Under the pieces are notes generated by a model. That model worked only from the letters and a program-made list of their open reading frames with translations, was not told where the DNA came from and ran no database searches. 64,000 nt of DNA from Oscillospiraceae bacterium. GTDB taxonomy: Bacteria > Bacillota > Clostridia > UBA1381 > UMGS1253. Positions 19,434-30,803 of the stretch are shown one piece after another; within the stretch, counting starts at the first letter, position 1; the number at the start of each line of letters is the position of its first letter. A program made the position numbers and the translations under genes. The DNA lies in assembly GCA_015068725.1 (NCBI GenBank), contig SVKA01000003.1:234-64233 (forward strand), given 5' to 3'.

Positions 19434-22286
19434 TTATCCCTTTTTACTTTTTTCCAAAAGCTTTTTAAGATAAATTCCGGTAAACGACTCACCACACTCA
19501 GCTACCTGTTCAGGTGTACCGGTGCACACTATCTGTCCGCCTGCATCGCCACCGTCAGGGCCTAAATCTATAATATAATCTGCTGTTTTTATAACATCGA
19601 GATTATGCTCTATAACAACCACGCTGTTTCCCGACTCTACAAGACGATCAAGCACCTCTAAAAGTCTGTGAACATCTGCTGTATGAAGTCCTGTCGTAGG
19701 CTCGTCGAGTATATAAATTGTTTTGCCCGTACTACGCTTGCTAAGCTCGGTTGCAAGCTTTACACGCTGTGCCTCGCCGCCCGAAAGTGTCGTCGAGGGT
19801 TGTCCAAGCTTGACATATCCAAGTCCCACATCATAGAGCGTTTGAATCTTACGTTTAAGCTTTGGTATATTTTCAAAAAACTCCAAAGCCTCCTCTACTG
19901 TCATATCAAGCACTTCGCTGATGTCTTTACCCTTGTATTTAACCTCAAGAGTTTCGCGCGAGTAACGCTTACCCTTGCACACCTCGCACGGAACGTACAC
20001 ATCGGGCAAAAAATGCATCTCTATTTGCAGTATACCATCACCGCAGCATGCCTCACAGCGTCCACCTTTAACGTTAAAGCTAAAGCGCCCTGCATTATAG
20101 CCACGCACCTTTGCCTCTACCGTACTTGCAAAAAGCTCGCGTATATCGGAAAACAGTCCCGTATACGTTGCCGGATTTGAGCGCGGTGTGCGCCCTATCG
20201 GCGACTGGTCTATATTGATTACTTTGTCAAGCTGCTTTATTCCGTCAATTTTTTTCACCTTGCCGTGCTTTGTGCGCGCGCGGTTTAATTCGTGTGCAAG
20301 ATATTTATAAATTATCTCATTTACAAGCGATGATTTACCCGAGCCTGATACGCCCGTTACACACGTAAAAACGCCAAGCGGAATATCTACATCAACGTTT
20401 TTAAGATTGTTTTCCGATGCACCCTTTACTGTCAGATACTTTCCATCGCAGGTGCGTCTTTTATCAGGTATGGGAATAAATTTTCGTCCGCTAAGATAAT
20501 CACCCGTCGCTGAGCCGACGACCTTTTTTACCTCCTCGGCAGTTCCCTGTGCCACAATCTCTCCACCATGAACGCCCGCTCCGGGACCTATATCAATTAT
20601 ATAATCCGCCGCATACATTGTATCTTCGTCGTGCTCGACAACAACAAGCGTGTTTCCAAGGTCGCGCAGCGTCTTTAATGTAGCGATAAGTTTTTCATTA
20701 TCGCGCTGATGAAGGCCAATGCTTGGCTCGTCAAGAATGTATAAAACACCCATAAGACTTGAACCGATTTGCGTCGCAAGACGTATACGCTGCGCCTCAC
20801 CGCCAGAAAGAGTTCCCGCCGAACGCGAAAGCGTCAAATAGCCAAGTCCGACGTTTTTCAAAAAGTTAAGGCGTTCTAAAATCTCTTTTAAAATCTGCTC
20901 GGCAATCATCTGCTCTTTTTCGCTAAGCTTTAATGTGTTAAAAAACTCTATTGCATTAACTATTGACAAATCTGTCATTTCAACAATATTTTTTCCACCC
21001 ACAGTAACCGCAAGCACCTGTGGTTTTAAGCGTTTACCTTCACAAGAGCTGCACGGAGCATTTGTCATATATCCTTCAAGTTCTGCCCTCATCCAATCAG
21101 ATGTGGTTTCATTATAGCGACGTTGCAGATTGTTTACAAGACCTTCAAAATCGGTGAGATATGAGCTATGACCACCATTTTTTATAAATTCAACCTTGAA
21201 TTTTTCTCCTTTTGTGCCATAGAGAAAAATATTTTTTATCTTTTCAGGCAACTCCTTGTACGGTACATCAAGGCTGAAATTATAGTGCTTCGAAAGTCCT
21301 CTGTAATACGCCGCCGCAACGCTGTCTTCTATATCAGGCGCTCTCCAGCCACTTACAGCAAGAGCACCCTCGTTTATACTTTTATTTTCATCCCTTACAA
21401 CAAGGTCAGGGTCAATTTTCATCAAAAATCCAAGTCCGCTACATTCTTCGCACGCACCAAATGGCGAGTTAAATGAAAACATACGCGGTGTAAGCTCTTC
21501 CATTGAAACTCCGCAATCCTCGCATGCAAAGTTTTGCGAAAACATCATCTCTTCTTTTTCGAGAACGTCAACTATAACCGTGCCGCCCGAAAGCTTTAAT
21601 GCAGTTTCTACCGAATCGGTCAGCCTTTGCCTTATATCCTCGCGTATAACCATTCTGTCTATAAGAATTTCTATACTGTGCTTTTTATTTTTTTCAAGGC
21701 CTGGCACTTCGGTCAAGTCGTAAACTATGCCATCAACTCTTACGCGCACATATCCCGATTTTATCGCATCGGAAAACACCTTCTGATGTTCTCCTTTTCT
21801 TGCTCGTACAACGGGCGCTAAAATGTGTATTCTGCTCTTTTCAGGAAGCGAAAGCACCTTGTCTATAATCTGGTCTGTGCTTTGGCGTGCAATCGGTTTT
21901 CCGCATATATGACAATGTGGTATACCTATACGTGCATACAAAAGTCTTATATAATCATAAACCTCCGTAACCGTTCCTACGGTCGAACGTGGGTTTTTGC
22001 TCGTTGTTTTCTGGTCAATGCTTATCGCAGGCGAAAGCCCTTCGATATAATCAACATCAGGCTTGTCCATCTGACCGAGAAACTGTCTTGCATACGCCGA
22101 AAGCGACTCGACATAACGGCGCTGTCCCTCGGCATAAATCGTATCAAACGCCAAAGATGACTTGCCCGAGCCTGAAAGGCCTGTAAGCACCACAAGCTTA
22201 TCACGGGGAATTGTTACATCAATATTTTTAAGATTGTGTTGTCTTGCGCCTTTTATAAAAATACTGTCCTTTGCCATTATAAGCAC
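19434..22286 (-). CDS. uvrA: Excinuclease ABC subunit UvrA
   Basis: 950 aa with two ABC modules ([18 protein letters not shown]) and CxxC zinc modules. The first codon is GTG (22286), 6 nt behind AAAGG. ATG 22277 ([12 protein letters not shown]) is an alternative start. Confidence 0.97.
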   Translation of the reverse strand: MLIMAKDSIFIKGARQHNLKNIDVTIPRDKLVVLTGLSGSGKSSLAFDTIYAEGQRRYVESLSAYARQFLGQMDKPDVDYIEGLSPAISIDQKTTSKNPRSTVGTVTEVYDYIRLLYARIGIPHCHICGKPIARQSTDQIIDKVLSLPEKSRIHILAPVVRARKGEHQKVFSDAIKSGYVRVRVDGIVYDLTEVPGLEKNKKHSIEILIDRMVIREDIRQRLTDSVETALKLSGGTVIVDVLEKEEMMFSQNFACEDCGVSMEELTPRMFSFNSPFGACEECSGLGFLMKIDPDLVVRDENKSINEGALAVSGWRAPDIEDSVAAAYYRGLSKHYNFSLDVPYKELPEKIKNIFLYGTKGEKFKVEFIKNGGHSSYLTDFEGLVNNLQRRYNETTSDWMRAELEGYMTNAPCSSCEGKRLKPQVLAVTVGGKNIVEMTDLSIVNAIEFFNTLKLSEKEQMIAEQILKEILERLNFLKNVGLGYLTLSRSAGTLSGGEAQRIRLATQIGSSLMGVLYILDEPSIGLHQRDNEKLIATLKTLRDLGNTLVVVEHDEDTMYAADYIIDIGPGAGVHGGEIVAQGTAEEVKKVVGSATGDYLSGRKFIPIPDKRRTCDGKYLTVKGASENNLKNVDVDIPLGVFTCVTGVSGSGKSSLVNEIIYKYLAHELNRARTKHGKVKKIDGIKQLDKVINIDQSPIGRTPRSNPATYTGLFSDIRELFASTVEAKVRGYNAGRFSFNVKGGRCEACCGDGILQIEMHFLPDVYVPCEVCKGKRYSRETLEVKYKGKDISEVLDMTVEEALEFFENIPKLKRKIQTLYDVGLGYVKLGQPSTTLSGGEAQRVKLATELSKRSTGKTIYILDEPTTGLHTADVHRLLEVLDRLVESGNSVVVIEHNLDVIKTADYIIDLGPDGGDAGGQIVCTGTPEQVAECGESFTGIYLKKLLEKSKKG

Positions 22287-22315
22287 CGTTTACCTTTCGT
22301 AATTTTTTAAAAATT

Positions 22316-22708
22316 TTACTGCTCATATATACTGTCGCACTCTTTCATTCGATTAATAAGCATCGCTCTGTTAATCCTGATAGACTCAAATTCGCGTGCT
22401 ATACGATTTAGAAAACGTGTTTTTTCAAGCTCGCTTTTGCAGTATACTGTTTCACCATCAGATAAAATTTCGCCTACAAATTCGGTATCACATTCATTCA
22501 AATTGTTAAGCTCTACTGGAACGCCAAGTATATTTGAAAGCTCATTTTCAAACAGGCACACAGTGTATTCATCAATGCTTTGCTCAGAATAATATGCTAC
22601 ATCAAAAATATTTTCACTCATCATATGGTCTGCAAAATATATAAAAACAGGATTTATTTTTTCTGTAATAAAATCAACTGCCTTGTTTGATTGTTCTGTT
22701 GTAATCAT
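22316..22708 (-). CDS. Hypothetical protein, possibly a degenerate minimal nucleotidyltransferase (MNT)-like fold
   Basis: 130 aa with an ATG behind AGGGGTGAGG. It sits 37 nt after the uvrB stop and 29 nt before uvrA, with no terminators, so it lies inside the operon. The segments IYFADHMMSENIFDVAYY and LSNILGVPVELNNL resemble the MNT core, but the G-S and DxD catalytic residues are missing. Confidence 0.6.
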   Translation of the reverse strand: MITTEQSNKAVDFITEKINPVFIYFADHMMSENIFDVAYYSEQSIDEYTVCLFENELSNILGVPVELNNLNECDTEFVGEILSDGETVYCKSELEKTRFLNRIAREFESIRINRAMLINRMKECDSIYEQ

Positions 22709-22745
22709 AACCTCACCCCTATTAAGTATTGCATTTTGTCATAGT

Positions 22746-24716
22746 TTAACTTTCACTGCGAAGACGTTTTATTTCATCACGAAGATATGCAGCACGCTCA
22801 AAGTCAAGCCGCTTTGCAGCCTCGTTCATTTCGTCTGTAAGCTTTATAATCAAAAGCTCGCCCTCTACGCCCGAAATATTCGTCTTTTTTGATTGTTTTT
22901 TATCTTTTTCGTCAACCTGTTTTGTCGCCTCTATAACCTCACGAATTGACTTTTTAATCGTTGTTGGTACAATGCCGTGTAGCTCGTTATATTCTTTTTG
23001 AATCTTGCGACGACGGTTCGTTTCTTCTATCGCACGCTGCATTGAGTCTGTAATTCGCTGTGCGTACATAATAACCTTTCCCTCGGCATTTCTCGCTGCA
23101 CGACCTATCGTCTGTATAAGCGAGGTTTCGTTTCTTAAAAATCCTTCTTTGTCAGCATCAAGTATTGCCACAAGTGAAACCTCCGGTAAATCAAGACCTT
23201 CACGAAGTAGGTTAATCCCCACTAAAACATCAAATACACCCTCACGCAAATCACGCACAATTTCCATTCTCTGTATCGTGTCAATGTCCGAGTGCATATA
23301 GCGCACCTTTATATCAAGCTGCTCAAGGTAGTCAGTAAGATCTTCTGCCATACGCTTTGTGAGCGTTGTCACAAGTACTCTCTCACCTTTTTCGGTGCGT
23401 ATATTTATCTCTTTTACCAAATCGTCAACCTGATGCTCTACAGGCCGCACGTCAATTTCGGGGTCTAAAAGGCCCGTTGGACGAATGACCTGCTCAACAA
23501 TTTGTGCCGAGTGCTCTTTTTCATAAAGTGCAGGCGTTGCAGATACAAATACAACCTGATTGATTCTATCTTCAAACTCCTCAAAATTAAGTGGTCTGTT
23601 ATCAAACGCCGACGGAAGTCTAAAACCATATTCGACAAGCGCCTCTTTGCGTGAACGGTCACCGGCGTACATTGCACGCACCTGTGGAATTGTAACGTGT
23701 GATTCGTCAATAACCAAAAGAAAGTCATCGCCAAAATAATCCATCAGCGTAAACGGCGAGCTGCCGGGCGCACGTCCGCTGATGTGCCTCGAATAATTTT
23801 CTATGCCTGAGCAAAAGCCAACCTCTCGCATCATTTCGATATCATATCTTGTGCGCTGCTCGATGCGCTGTGCCTCTACAAGCTTATTTTGACTCTCAAA
23901 ATATGCAATTCTTTCTTCAAGTTCTGCCTCTATACTCTCAATCGCCTTTTCCATTTTGTCGCGTGTTGTAACATAGTGCGACGCAGGAAAAATCACGCAG
24001 TGCTCACGCAGTCCGATAATTTCACCCGTTACGACGTTTATTTCCGAAATTCTGTCAATTTCGTCATCAAAAAACTCTATTCGCAGTGCATTTTCGTTTT
24101 GATTCGACGGAAAAATTTCGACAACGTCGCCGCGCACACGAAACTTATTTCTCGAAAAATCAATATCATTGCGTTCATACTGAATTTCGACAAGGCGTCT
24201 TAGCACTTCGTCGCGGTCTTTTTTCATACCAACTCTTAACGATACAACAAGACTGTTATAGTCAATCGGGTCACCAAGTCCGTATATGCACGATACACTC
24301 GAAACAATGATTACATCCTTGCGCTCAAAAAGTGATGCTGTTGCGCTGTGGCGAAGCTTGTCAATTTCGTCATTGACAGATGAATCCTTTTCGATGTATG
24401 TGTCAGTATACGGTATATACGCCTCGGGCTGATAATAGTCATAATACGACACAAAAAACTCAACCGCACTGTTTGGAAAAAACTCCTTAAACTCGCTGCA
24501 AAGCTGCGCTGCAAGCGTTTTATTGTGCGCGAGCACAAGTGTGGGCTTGTTGACCTTCGCAATGGTGTTTGCTATGGTAAAGGTCTTTCCCGAGCCTGTT
24601 ACACCAAGAAGCGTCTGCCCTTTATATTCATTTTTAATTCCATTAGACAAAGCCTCTATTGCTGCGGGTTGGTCACCCTTCGGCTCATAGTCGGATACAA
24701 CCTTAAAGCTATCCAT
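22746..24716 (-). CDS. uvrB: Excinuclease ABC subunit UvrB
   Basis: Helicase motifs GVTGSGKT and DESH, plus a C-terminal UVR domain ([17 protein letters not shown]). The tracked 39-aa N-terminal extension has no homology-like content. ATG 24716 ([17 protein letters not shown]) follows a GGGTGA SD. Confidence 0.97.
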   Translation of the reverse strand: MDSFKVVSDYEPKGDQPAAIEALSNGIKNEYKGQTLLGVTGSGKTFTIANTIAKVNKPTLVLAHNKTLAAQLCSEFKEFFPNSAVEFFVSYYDYYQPEAYIPYTDTYIEKDSSVNDEIDKLRHSATASLFERKDVIIVSSVSCIYGLGDPIDYNSLVVSLRVGMKKDRDEVLRRLVEIQYERNDIDFSRNKFRVRGDVVEIFPSNQNENALRIEFFDDEIDRISEINVVTGEIIGLREHCVIFPASHYVTTRDKMEKAIESIEAELEERIAYFESQNKLVEAQRIEQRTRYDIEMMREVGFCSGIENYSRHISGRAPGSSPFTLMDYFGDDFLLVIDESHVTIPQVRAMYAGDRSRKEALVEYGFRLPSAFDNRPLNFEEFEDRINQVVFVSATPALYEKEHSAQIVEQVIRPTGLLDPEIDVRPVEHQVDDLVKEINIRTEKGERVLVTTLTKRMAEDLTDYLEQLDIKVRYMHSDIDTIQRMEIVRDLREGVFDVLVGINLLREGLDLPEVSLVAILDADKEGFLRNETSLIQTIGRAARNAEGKVIMYAQRITDSMQRAIEETNRRRKIQKEYNELHGIVPTTIKKSIREVIEATKQVDEKDKKQSKKTNISGVEGELLIIKLTDEMNEAAKRLDFERAAYLRDEIKRLRSES

Positions 24717-24732
24717 AATAATCACCCATAAT

Positions 24733-24760
24733 ATTATAGCACAAATGTGTGATATTGAAA
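24733..24760 (-). promoter_or_regulatory. Candidate uvrB promoter with an embedded CACA-N4-TGTG palindrome
   Basis: Minus strand reads TTTCAA-N16-TGcTATAAT (extended -10). The spacer contains CACACATTTGTGC, discussed in the findings. Confidence 0.4.
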
Positions 24761-24790
24761 AGCATTTTTGATAAAAAAGTTTGTTTTCAA

Positions 24791-24834
24791 ACAAAAAAAT
24801 TGATGTCAATATTAATTTCAATACCGACATCAAT
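24791..24834 (-). terminator. Intrinsic terminator after guaB
   Basis: Minus-strand ATTGATGTC-loop-GACATCAAT followed by TTTTTTTG. It starts 8 nt after the guaB stop. Confidence 0.6.
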
Positions 24835-24841
24835 TTTTATA

Positions 24842-26290
<1,449 letters not shown>

Positions 26291-26344
26291 TCAAGCTCCC
26301 CTCTTTTGTATTCTTCAACAAAGTCTTTTTACTATGTTATCACA

Positions 26345-27298
26345 TTAGAGCAAACTTTGCAATATTTTTTTTAATTCTATTGCAGAATTTGCTGTATTTA
26401 CTTGTCCACGCGCTAATGCAGAGTTCTTTTCGCCCTTCAAATACCACGCCGCATGCTTTCTTGCCTCGCATACTGCGATATGCTCACCCTTCGCCTCGAT
26501 CATCATATCAAGCTGACACAGCATAGTATCAATTTTTTCTTCAAGCGTCGGTTTATATGTTACTCTGCCCGTTTTTACAAACTCATTTATCTGTTTAAAT
26601 AAAAACGGATTTCCCTGCGCTCCGCGGCCAACCATAACAGCATCACAGCCCGTATGATTAAACATCTTCACCGCATCTTCGGCGCAAAATATATCGCCAT
26701 TTCCAATCACGGGTATAGAAAGCGCATTTTTTACATCACGAATTATATCATAATCTGCACTGCCGCTGTAATACTGTTCACGCGTTCTGCCATGGACCGT
26801 AACCGCGTCCGCTCCACCCTCCTGCGCCGCAAGCGCCGCCTCTACGGCGTTTATATGTTTATCGTCAAAGCCTTTTCGTATTTTTACCGTAACGGGCACG
26901 CTGCACGCATTTTTTACAGCGTGAACTATTTTATATATTTTATCTATATCACGCATAAGTGCCGAGCCTTCGCCATTGTTCACAATCTTTGGCGCAGGAC
27001 AACCCATATTTATATCAAGAACAGATGCCCCGCTACTAAGAGCATCATTTGCAATTTTTGCCATTATATCCGGCTCGCTGCCAAAAATCTGTACAGCAAA
27101 CGGCTTTCCTTCTTCATGAACACTAAGCATTTTTGCCGTTTTTTTATCACGATAATAAAGTGCCTTTGCGCTTATCATTTCACTATACACAAGTCCTGCT
27201 CCAAAACGGCGGCATATTCGTCTGAAAGCGGTATCGCTCACGCCCGCCATAGGCGCAAGAAAAACATTATTTTCAATTTCAAAACTGCCGATTTTCAC
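26345..27298 (-). CDS. dusB: tRNA dihydrouridine synthase (DusB-like)
   Basis: 317 aa FMN TIM barrel (LAPMAGVSD, NMGCP, VHGRTREQ). GTG start behind GGAGGG. Confidence 0.9.
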   Translation of the reverse strand: MKIGSFEIENNVFLAPMAGVSDTAFRRICRRFGAGLVYSEMISAKALYYRDKKTAKMLSVHEEGKPFAVQIFGSEPDIMAKIANDALSSGASVLDINMGCPAPKIVNNGEGSALMRDIDKIYKIVHAVKNACSVPVTVKIRKGFDDKHINAVEAALAAQEGGADAVTVHGRTREQYYSGSADYDIIRDVKNALSIPVIGNGDIFCAEDAVKMFNHTGCDAVMVGRGAQGNPFLFKQINEFVKTGRVTYKPTLEEKIDTMLCQLDMMIEAKGEHIAVCEARKHAAWYLKGEKNSALARGQVNTANSAIELKKILQSLL

Positions 27299-27319
27299 CT
27301 GCGATTATCCCTCCGTCTT

Positions 27320-27358
27320 ATTATAAAATTCGGCTTCACTATCTCGCAAAGCCGAATT
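27320..27358 (-). terminator. Intrinsic terminator after lysA
   Basis: AATTCGGCTT-loop-AAGCCGAATT forms a 10-bp stem. On the minus strand it is followed by TTTATAAT. Confidence 0.5.
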
Positions 27359-27373
27359 ATACATCACTTACAA

Positions 27374-28672
27374 TTAAACGTCGTTACGTATTATATCATC
27401 ATACGTTTCACGCTTAACAACTATTTTCGATTTTCCGTCGCTCACCATTACAACGGGCGGACGTGGTATTCTGTTATAATTGCTTGACATGGAATAATTG
27501 TATGCACCCGTGGCAAGAACAGCTAAAATATCACCTGTTTTCACATCTGCAAGCATAGCATCCTTTGCAAGCAAATCGCCCGATTCACAGCATTTTCCCG
27601 CAATAGTTACAGCCATATCAGGTTTATCATTTGCGCGGTTTGCAATAAGTGCGCTATACTCTGCGCCATACAAAATATATCTTGGGTTATCGCACATTCC
27701 ACCGTCAACCGACACGTATGTGCGAACATTTGGTATGTTCTTTACAGAGCCTACTGTGTAGAGTGTAATACCTGCCGAACCAACCAAAGAGCGTCCCGGC
27801 TCCATAATAATTTTTGGCATATCAATTCCGCGTTCTTTTGCGGTATTTTTAACTACCTCAGAAACCGACTTTATGTATTCATCATACGGGACCGGCGCAT
27901 CGGAATTAACATATTTTATTCCAAATCCACCGCCAAGGTTGAGCTCGCTCATAGTTATTCCAAGCTTGTCCTTAACATCCGCCATAAAGCGTGTCATAAG
28001 CTTTGCCGCAAGCTTAAACGGCTCGAGTTCAAAAATCTGTGAGCCTATATGACAGTGCGCTCCTACAACCTCGACATTTTTAAGCTTCGACGCCTGCATA
28101 ACAATATCCATAGCTTCGCCCGTTTCAAGCGCAACACCAAACTTTGAGTCGATTTGTCCCGTCTGGATAAAATCGTGCGTATGCGCATCAATGCCCGGCT
28201 TTATACGAAACAATATTTTTGTAACCTTGTTATGCTTTGCCGATATTGCATCAACGCGTCCAAGCTCAAAAACATTATCAACAACAATTCTGCCAACACC
28301 ATTTTTTATTGCAAGCTCAATTTCGTCATTTGTTTTATTATTTCCGTGGAAATAAACCTTGTCCATAGGAAATTTTGCTTTTATTGCAGTATATAATTCA
28401 CCGCCTGACACAACATCTATGCCAAGTCCTTCCTGCATTACAACACGATAAATATGCATGCAAGAAAACGCCTTTGACGCATAAAGTATCAAGCCGTTCC
28501 CATCGTAATATTTATCAACAGCATCTTTATATATTCTGCAATTTTTACGTATTAAGTCCTCATCCATTACATAAAGCGGTGTTCCGTACTGCTCAGCAAG
28601 CTCTACGGCATCCACCCCGCCTATTTGAAGATGATTTTTTGTATTTACATCAAGAGATTCTGATACAAACAA
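27374..28672 (-). CDS. lysA: Diaminopimelate decarboxylase
   Basis: PLP fold-III decarboxylase motifs YASKAF, HCHIGSQ, GGGFG and CESGD. The tracked first codon (28690) is the TTG of TTGGAGGAGG, which is the SD itself. TTG 28672, 8 nt downstream of GGAGGAGG, is the likely start, and no in-frame ATG is available. Confidence 0.92.
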   Translation of the reverse strand: MFVSESLDVNTKNHLQIGGVDAVELAEQYGTPLYVMDEDLIRKNCRIYKDAVDKYYDGNGLILYASKAFSCMHIYRVVMQEGLGIDVVSGGELYTAIKAKFPMDKVYFHGNNKTNDEIELAIKNGVGRIVVDNVFELGRVDAISAKHNKVTKILFRIKPGIDAHTHDFIQTGQIDSKFGVALETGEAMDIVMQASKLKNVEVVGAHCHIGSQIFELEPFKLAAKLMTRFMADVKDKLGITMSELNLGGGFGIKYVNSDAPVPYDEYIKSVSEVVKNTAKERGIDMPKIIMEPGRSLVGSAGITLYTVGSVKNIPNVRTYVSVDGGMCDNPRYILYGAEYSALIANRANDKPDMAVTIAGKCCESGDLLAKDAMLADVKTGDILAVLATGAYNYSMSSNYNRIPRPPVVMVSDGKSKIVVKRETYDDIIRNDV

Positions 28673-28730
28673 ATTATAAGCCTCCTCCAAAAAATGTCTT
28701 AATCAGTATATCATATTTTGACTATATATG

Positions 28731-29576
28731 TCAAATTCGTTTCACCGCACACACTACACGCTTTATATTTGCTAAATCGCAAATGCTCTTCACATCACAA
28801 AAGCCGTTGTCCGAAAGCATTTTCTCTACCGTCTGCGATTGTGTATGTCCAACCTCGAAGGCAATTATGCCATCATCTTTTAACATATCGTAGCAAACCT
28901 TTGAAAGATGATTGTAAAACACAAACCCATCCTCGCCTCCATCAAGTGCAAGTCGCGGCTCAAAATCCTTTACATCACGCTCGAGCGTGTCGATAACCTC
29001 TGACTCGATATACGGCGGATTTGACACTATAATATCGTATTTTTCATTTAGATTTTCGCTTAATATGTCGACCTTTTCAAACGCGCAACGCTCGTATACG
29101 CCGTGCTTTTTGGCATTTTTCTGTGCCATTTCAAGCGCACCCTCGCTTATATCCGCCAACGTAACGTGCGAGTCCTTTATATAAATCGCAAGCGAAACTC
29201 CTATTGCGCCGCTGCCACAGCATATATCGGCGATTTGCGGCGATTTTTTATCGTTATTTTCAATTATATATTCGCAAAGGGTTTCCGTGTCAGCGCGCGG
29301 TATAAGCACGTTTTCATTAACCTCAAATTCAAGCGACATAAACTCTTTTTTGCCCAGTATATACGCAATCGGCATACCGTCTGCGCGCTTTTGCAAAAGC
29401 GACATAAACTCCTTTTCGTCGTGTTCTTCTACGTTTTGCATATGGTGTATGATAAGATAGCTTCTGTCCTTTTTTAAAGCATGGCATAAAAGCAGCGACG
29501 CATCAAGCTTTGGCGTATTTGTACCACTATCCGAAAGCAGTTTTGTGCCATATTGCAAAAGCTGTTTTATTACCAC
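28731..29576 (-). CDS. prmC: Peptide chain release factor N5-glutamine methyltransferase
   Basis: 281 aa. SAM motif DICCGSGAIG and NPPY motif (VSNPPYI). GTG start 7 nt behind GGAGG, overlapping the upstream gene by 7 nt. Confidence 0.9.
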   Translation of the reverse strand: MVIKQLLQYGTKLLSDSGTNTPKLDASLLLCHALKKDRSYLIIHHMQNVEEHDEKEFMSLLQKRADGMPIAYILGKKEFMSLEFEVNENVLIPRADTETLCEYIIENNDKKSPQIADICCGSGAIGVSLAIYIKDSHVTLADISEGALEMAQKNAKKHGVYERCAFEKVDILSENLNEKYDIIVSNPPYIESEVIDTLERDVKDFEPRLALDGGEDGFVFYNHLSKVCYDMLKDDGIIAFEVGHTQSQTVEKMLSDNGFCDVKSICDLANIKRVVCAVKRI

Positions 29577-30574
29577 CTGTCATCCTCCCCATTTTCAGGC
29601 ATAACCGCTTTAAGTGATGCGATAGCAACCTCGAGCTGCTCTTCATCAGGCTCGCGCGTGGTAAGCTTTTGTAGCCAAAGCCCCGGCTTTGTGAGAAAGG
29701 CTACGCATTTTGATTTGCTTCTTCCTGCAAATCTTATGATTTCATACGAAATACCTGCCACAACGGGCAACAACAAAAGTCTTGTGCCCATTCTTGTCCA
29801 CACATTATCCCACGTCAAAAACGAAAAGAATAATATGCTAACAACCATTACAATAAGCAAAAAGCTCGTTCCACAACGTGGATGAAAACGACTATGCTTT
29901 GCGGCGTTTTCAACGTTTAGCTCTTCGCCTGCTTCGTAGCATGCGATAGTTTTATGCTCTGCTCCGTGATATTCAAATACGCGCTGCATATCCTTCATCT
30001 GTGAAACCAAAAGCATATACAATACAAAAATTATAATTCTTGTAAACGCTTCAAGTAAATTAAGCACAATATGGTTATTTATAACCGGTGCTATCGCATC
30101 TATAAAAGCCGTCGGGAATTGTATAAACGTTTCGTTCAAAAGCAAGCTTTTAATCCACCCCGCAACTGCCGTTGGCAAAAGCATAAAAAGTCCCACTCCA
30201 AGCACAAGCGAAAGCGCTATCGAAACCCACATAACAATATCGAGCATTTTATCGCCAAAATGCTTTTCGATAAACGCGTCAAATTTTGACGGTTTTTCGT
30301 CTTCTTCGCCTTCAAGGTCAATAAATTCAGCCGAGTGCATAGTCGCACTCACTCCTATGATAAGACTGTCAAAAAATGATACAACACCACGAATTATTGG
30401 AATTTTTGCGAGCCTTAGTTTTGCTACAAGCGAATTGTTTTTCTTTACCTCTATATCAATTTCGCCGTCAGGTTTTCTTACAGCCACCGCATTTTTCGAC
30501 GGTCCGCGCATCATAACACCTTCAAGCACCGCTTGTCCGCCGATTGATGTCATATGCTGTTTATTTTCGCTCAT
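29570..30574 (-). CDS. DUF1385 (YqhQ-like) membrane protein
   Basis: 334 aa. N-terminus IGGQAVLEGVMMRG and the HGAEHK motif are typical of DUF1385, and it is translationally coupled to prmC as in many Firmicutes. Confidence 0.8.
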   Translation of the reverse strand: MSENKQHMTSIGGQAVLEGVMMRGPSKNAVAVRKPDGEIDIEVKKNNSLVAKLRLAKIPIIRGVVSFFDSLIIGVSATMHSAEFIDLEGEEDEKPSKFDAFIEKHFGDKMLDIVMWVSIALSLVLGVGLFMLLPTAVAGWIKSLLLNETFIQFPTAFIDAIAPVINNHIVLNLLEAFTRIIIFVLYMLLVSQMKDMQRVFEYHGAEHKTIACYEAGEELNVENAAKHSRFHPRCGTSFLLIVMVVSILFFSFLTWDNVWTRMGTRLLLLPVVAGISYEIIRFAGRSKSKCVAFLTKPGLWLQKLTTREPDEEQLEVAIASLKAVMPENGEDDRW

Positions 30575-30591
30575 GGTATATTCCTCCCGAA

Positions 30592-30780
30592 TTATTCAGC
30601 AATTTTGGGCATAACAAGCGCAGCAATAATGTATGCAATTATTCCGCAGCCTATAAACAATGTAAAAAGAACCCATATCAGACGAACAATCGTCGAATCA
30701 ATATCAAAATATTCAGCGATACCGCCGCATACTCCGCATAATTTCTTATCTGTGTTTGATTTGTATAATTTTCTTTTCAT
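30592..30780 (-). CDS. PspC domain-containing small membrane protein
   Basis: 62 aa. L(C)[20 protein letters not shown] followed by one TM helix is the classic PspC domain. AAAGGAG SD. Confidence 0.8.
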   Translation of the reverse strand: MKRKLYKSNTDKKLCGVCGGIAEYFDIDSTIVRLIWVLFTLFIGCGIIAYIIAALVMPKIAE

Positions 30781-30803
30781 AATCGTTTCTCCTTTATAGT
30801 TAT

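Noticed and set aside
24779-24792. GTTTG-TTTT-CAAAC palindrome upstream of uvrB, considered as a LexA box
   Set aside because: The half-sites are in the wrong order and sequence for a Cheo box (GAAC-N4-GTTC). It lies next to the guaB terminator U tract and upstream of the -35 element. It is probably just part of an AT-rich spacer.
24717-24833. 39-codon N-terminal extension of uvrB in the ORF track
   Set aside because: The extension is hydrophobic nonsense ([20 protein letters not shown]...) that covers the uvrB promoter and the guaB terminator. The conserved UvrB N-terminus starts at ATG 24716, which has its own SD.
26654-27487. 277-aa plus-strand ORF
   Set aside because: It is antisense to dusB and the lysA 3' end. 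The composition is low-complexity and rich in R/K/I/Y/F/C. There is no SD. It is the mirror-frame artefact of strongly supported minus-strand genes.
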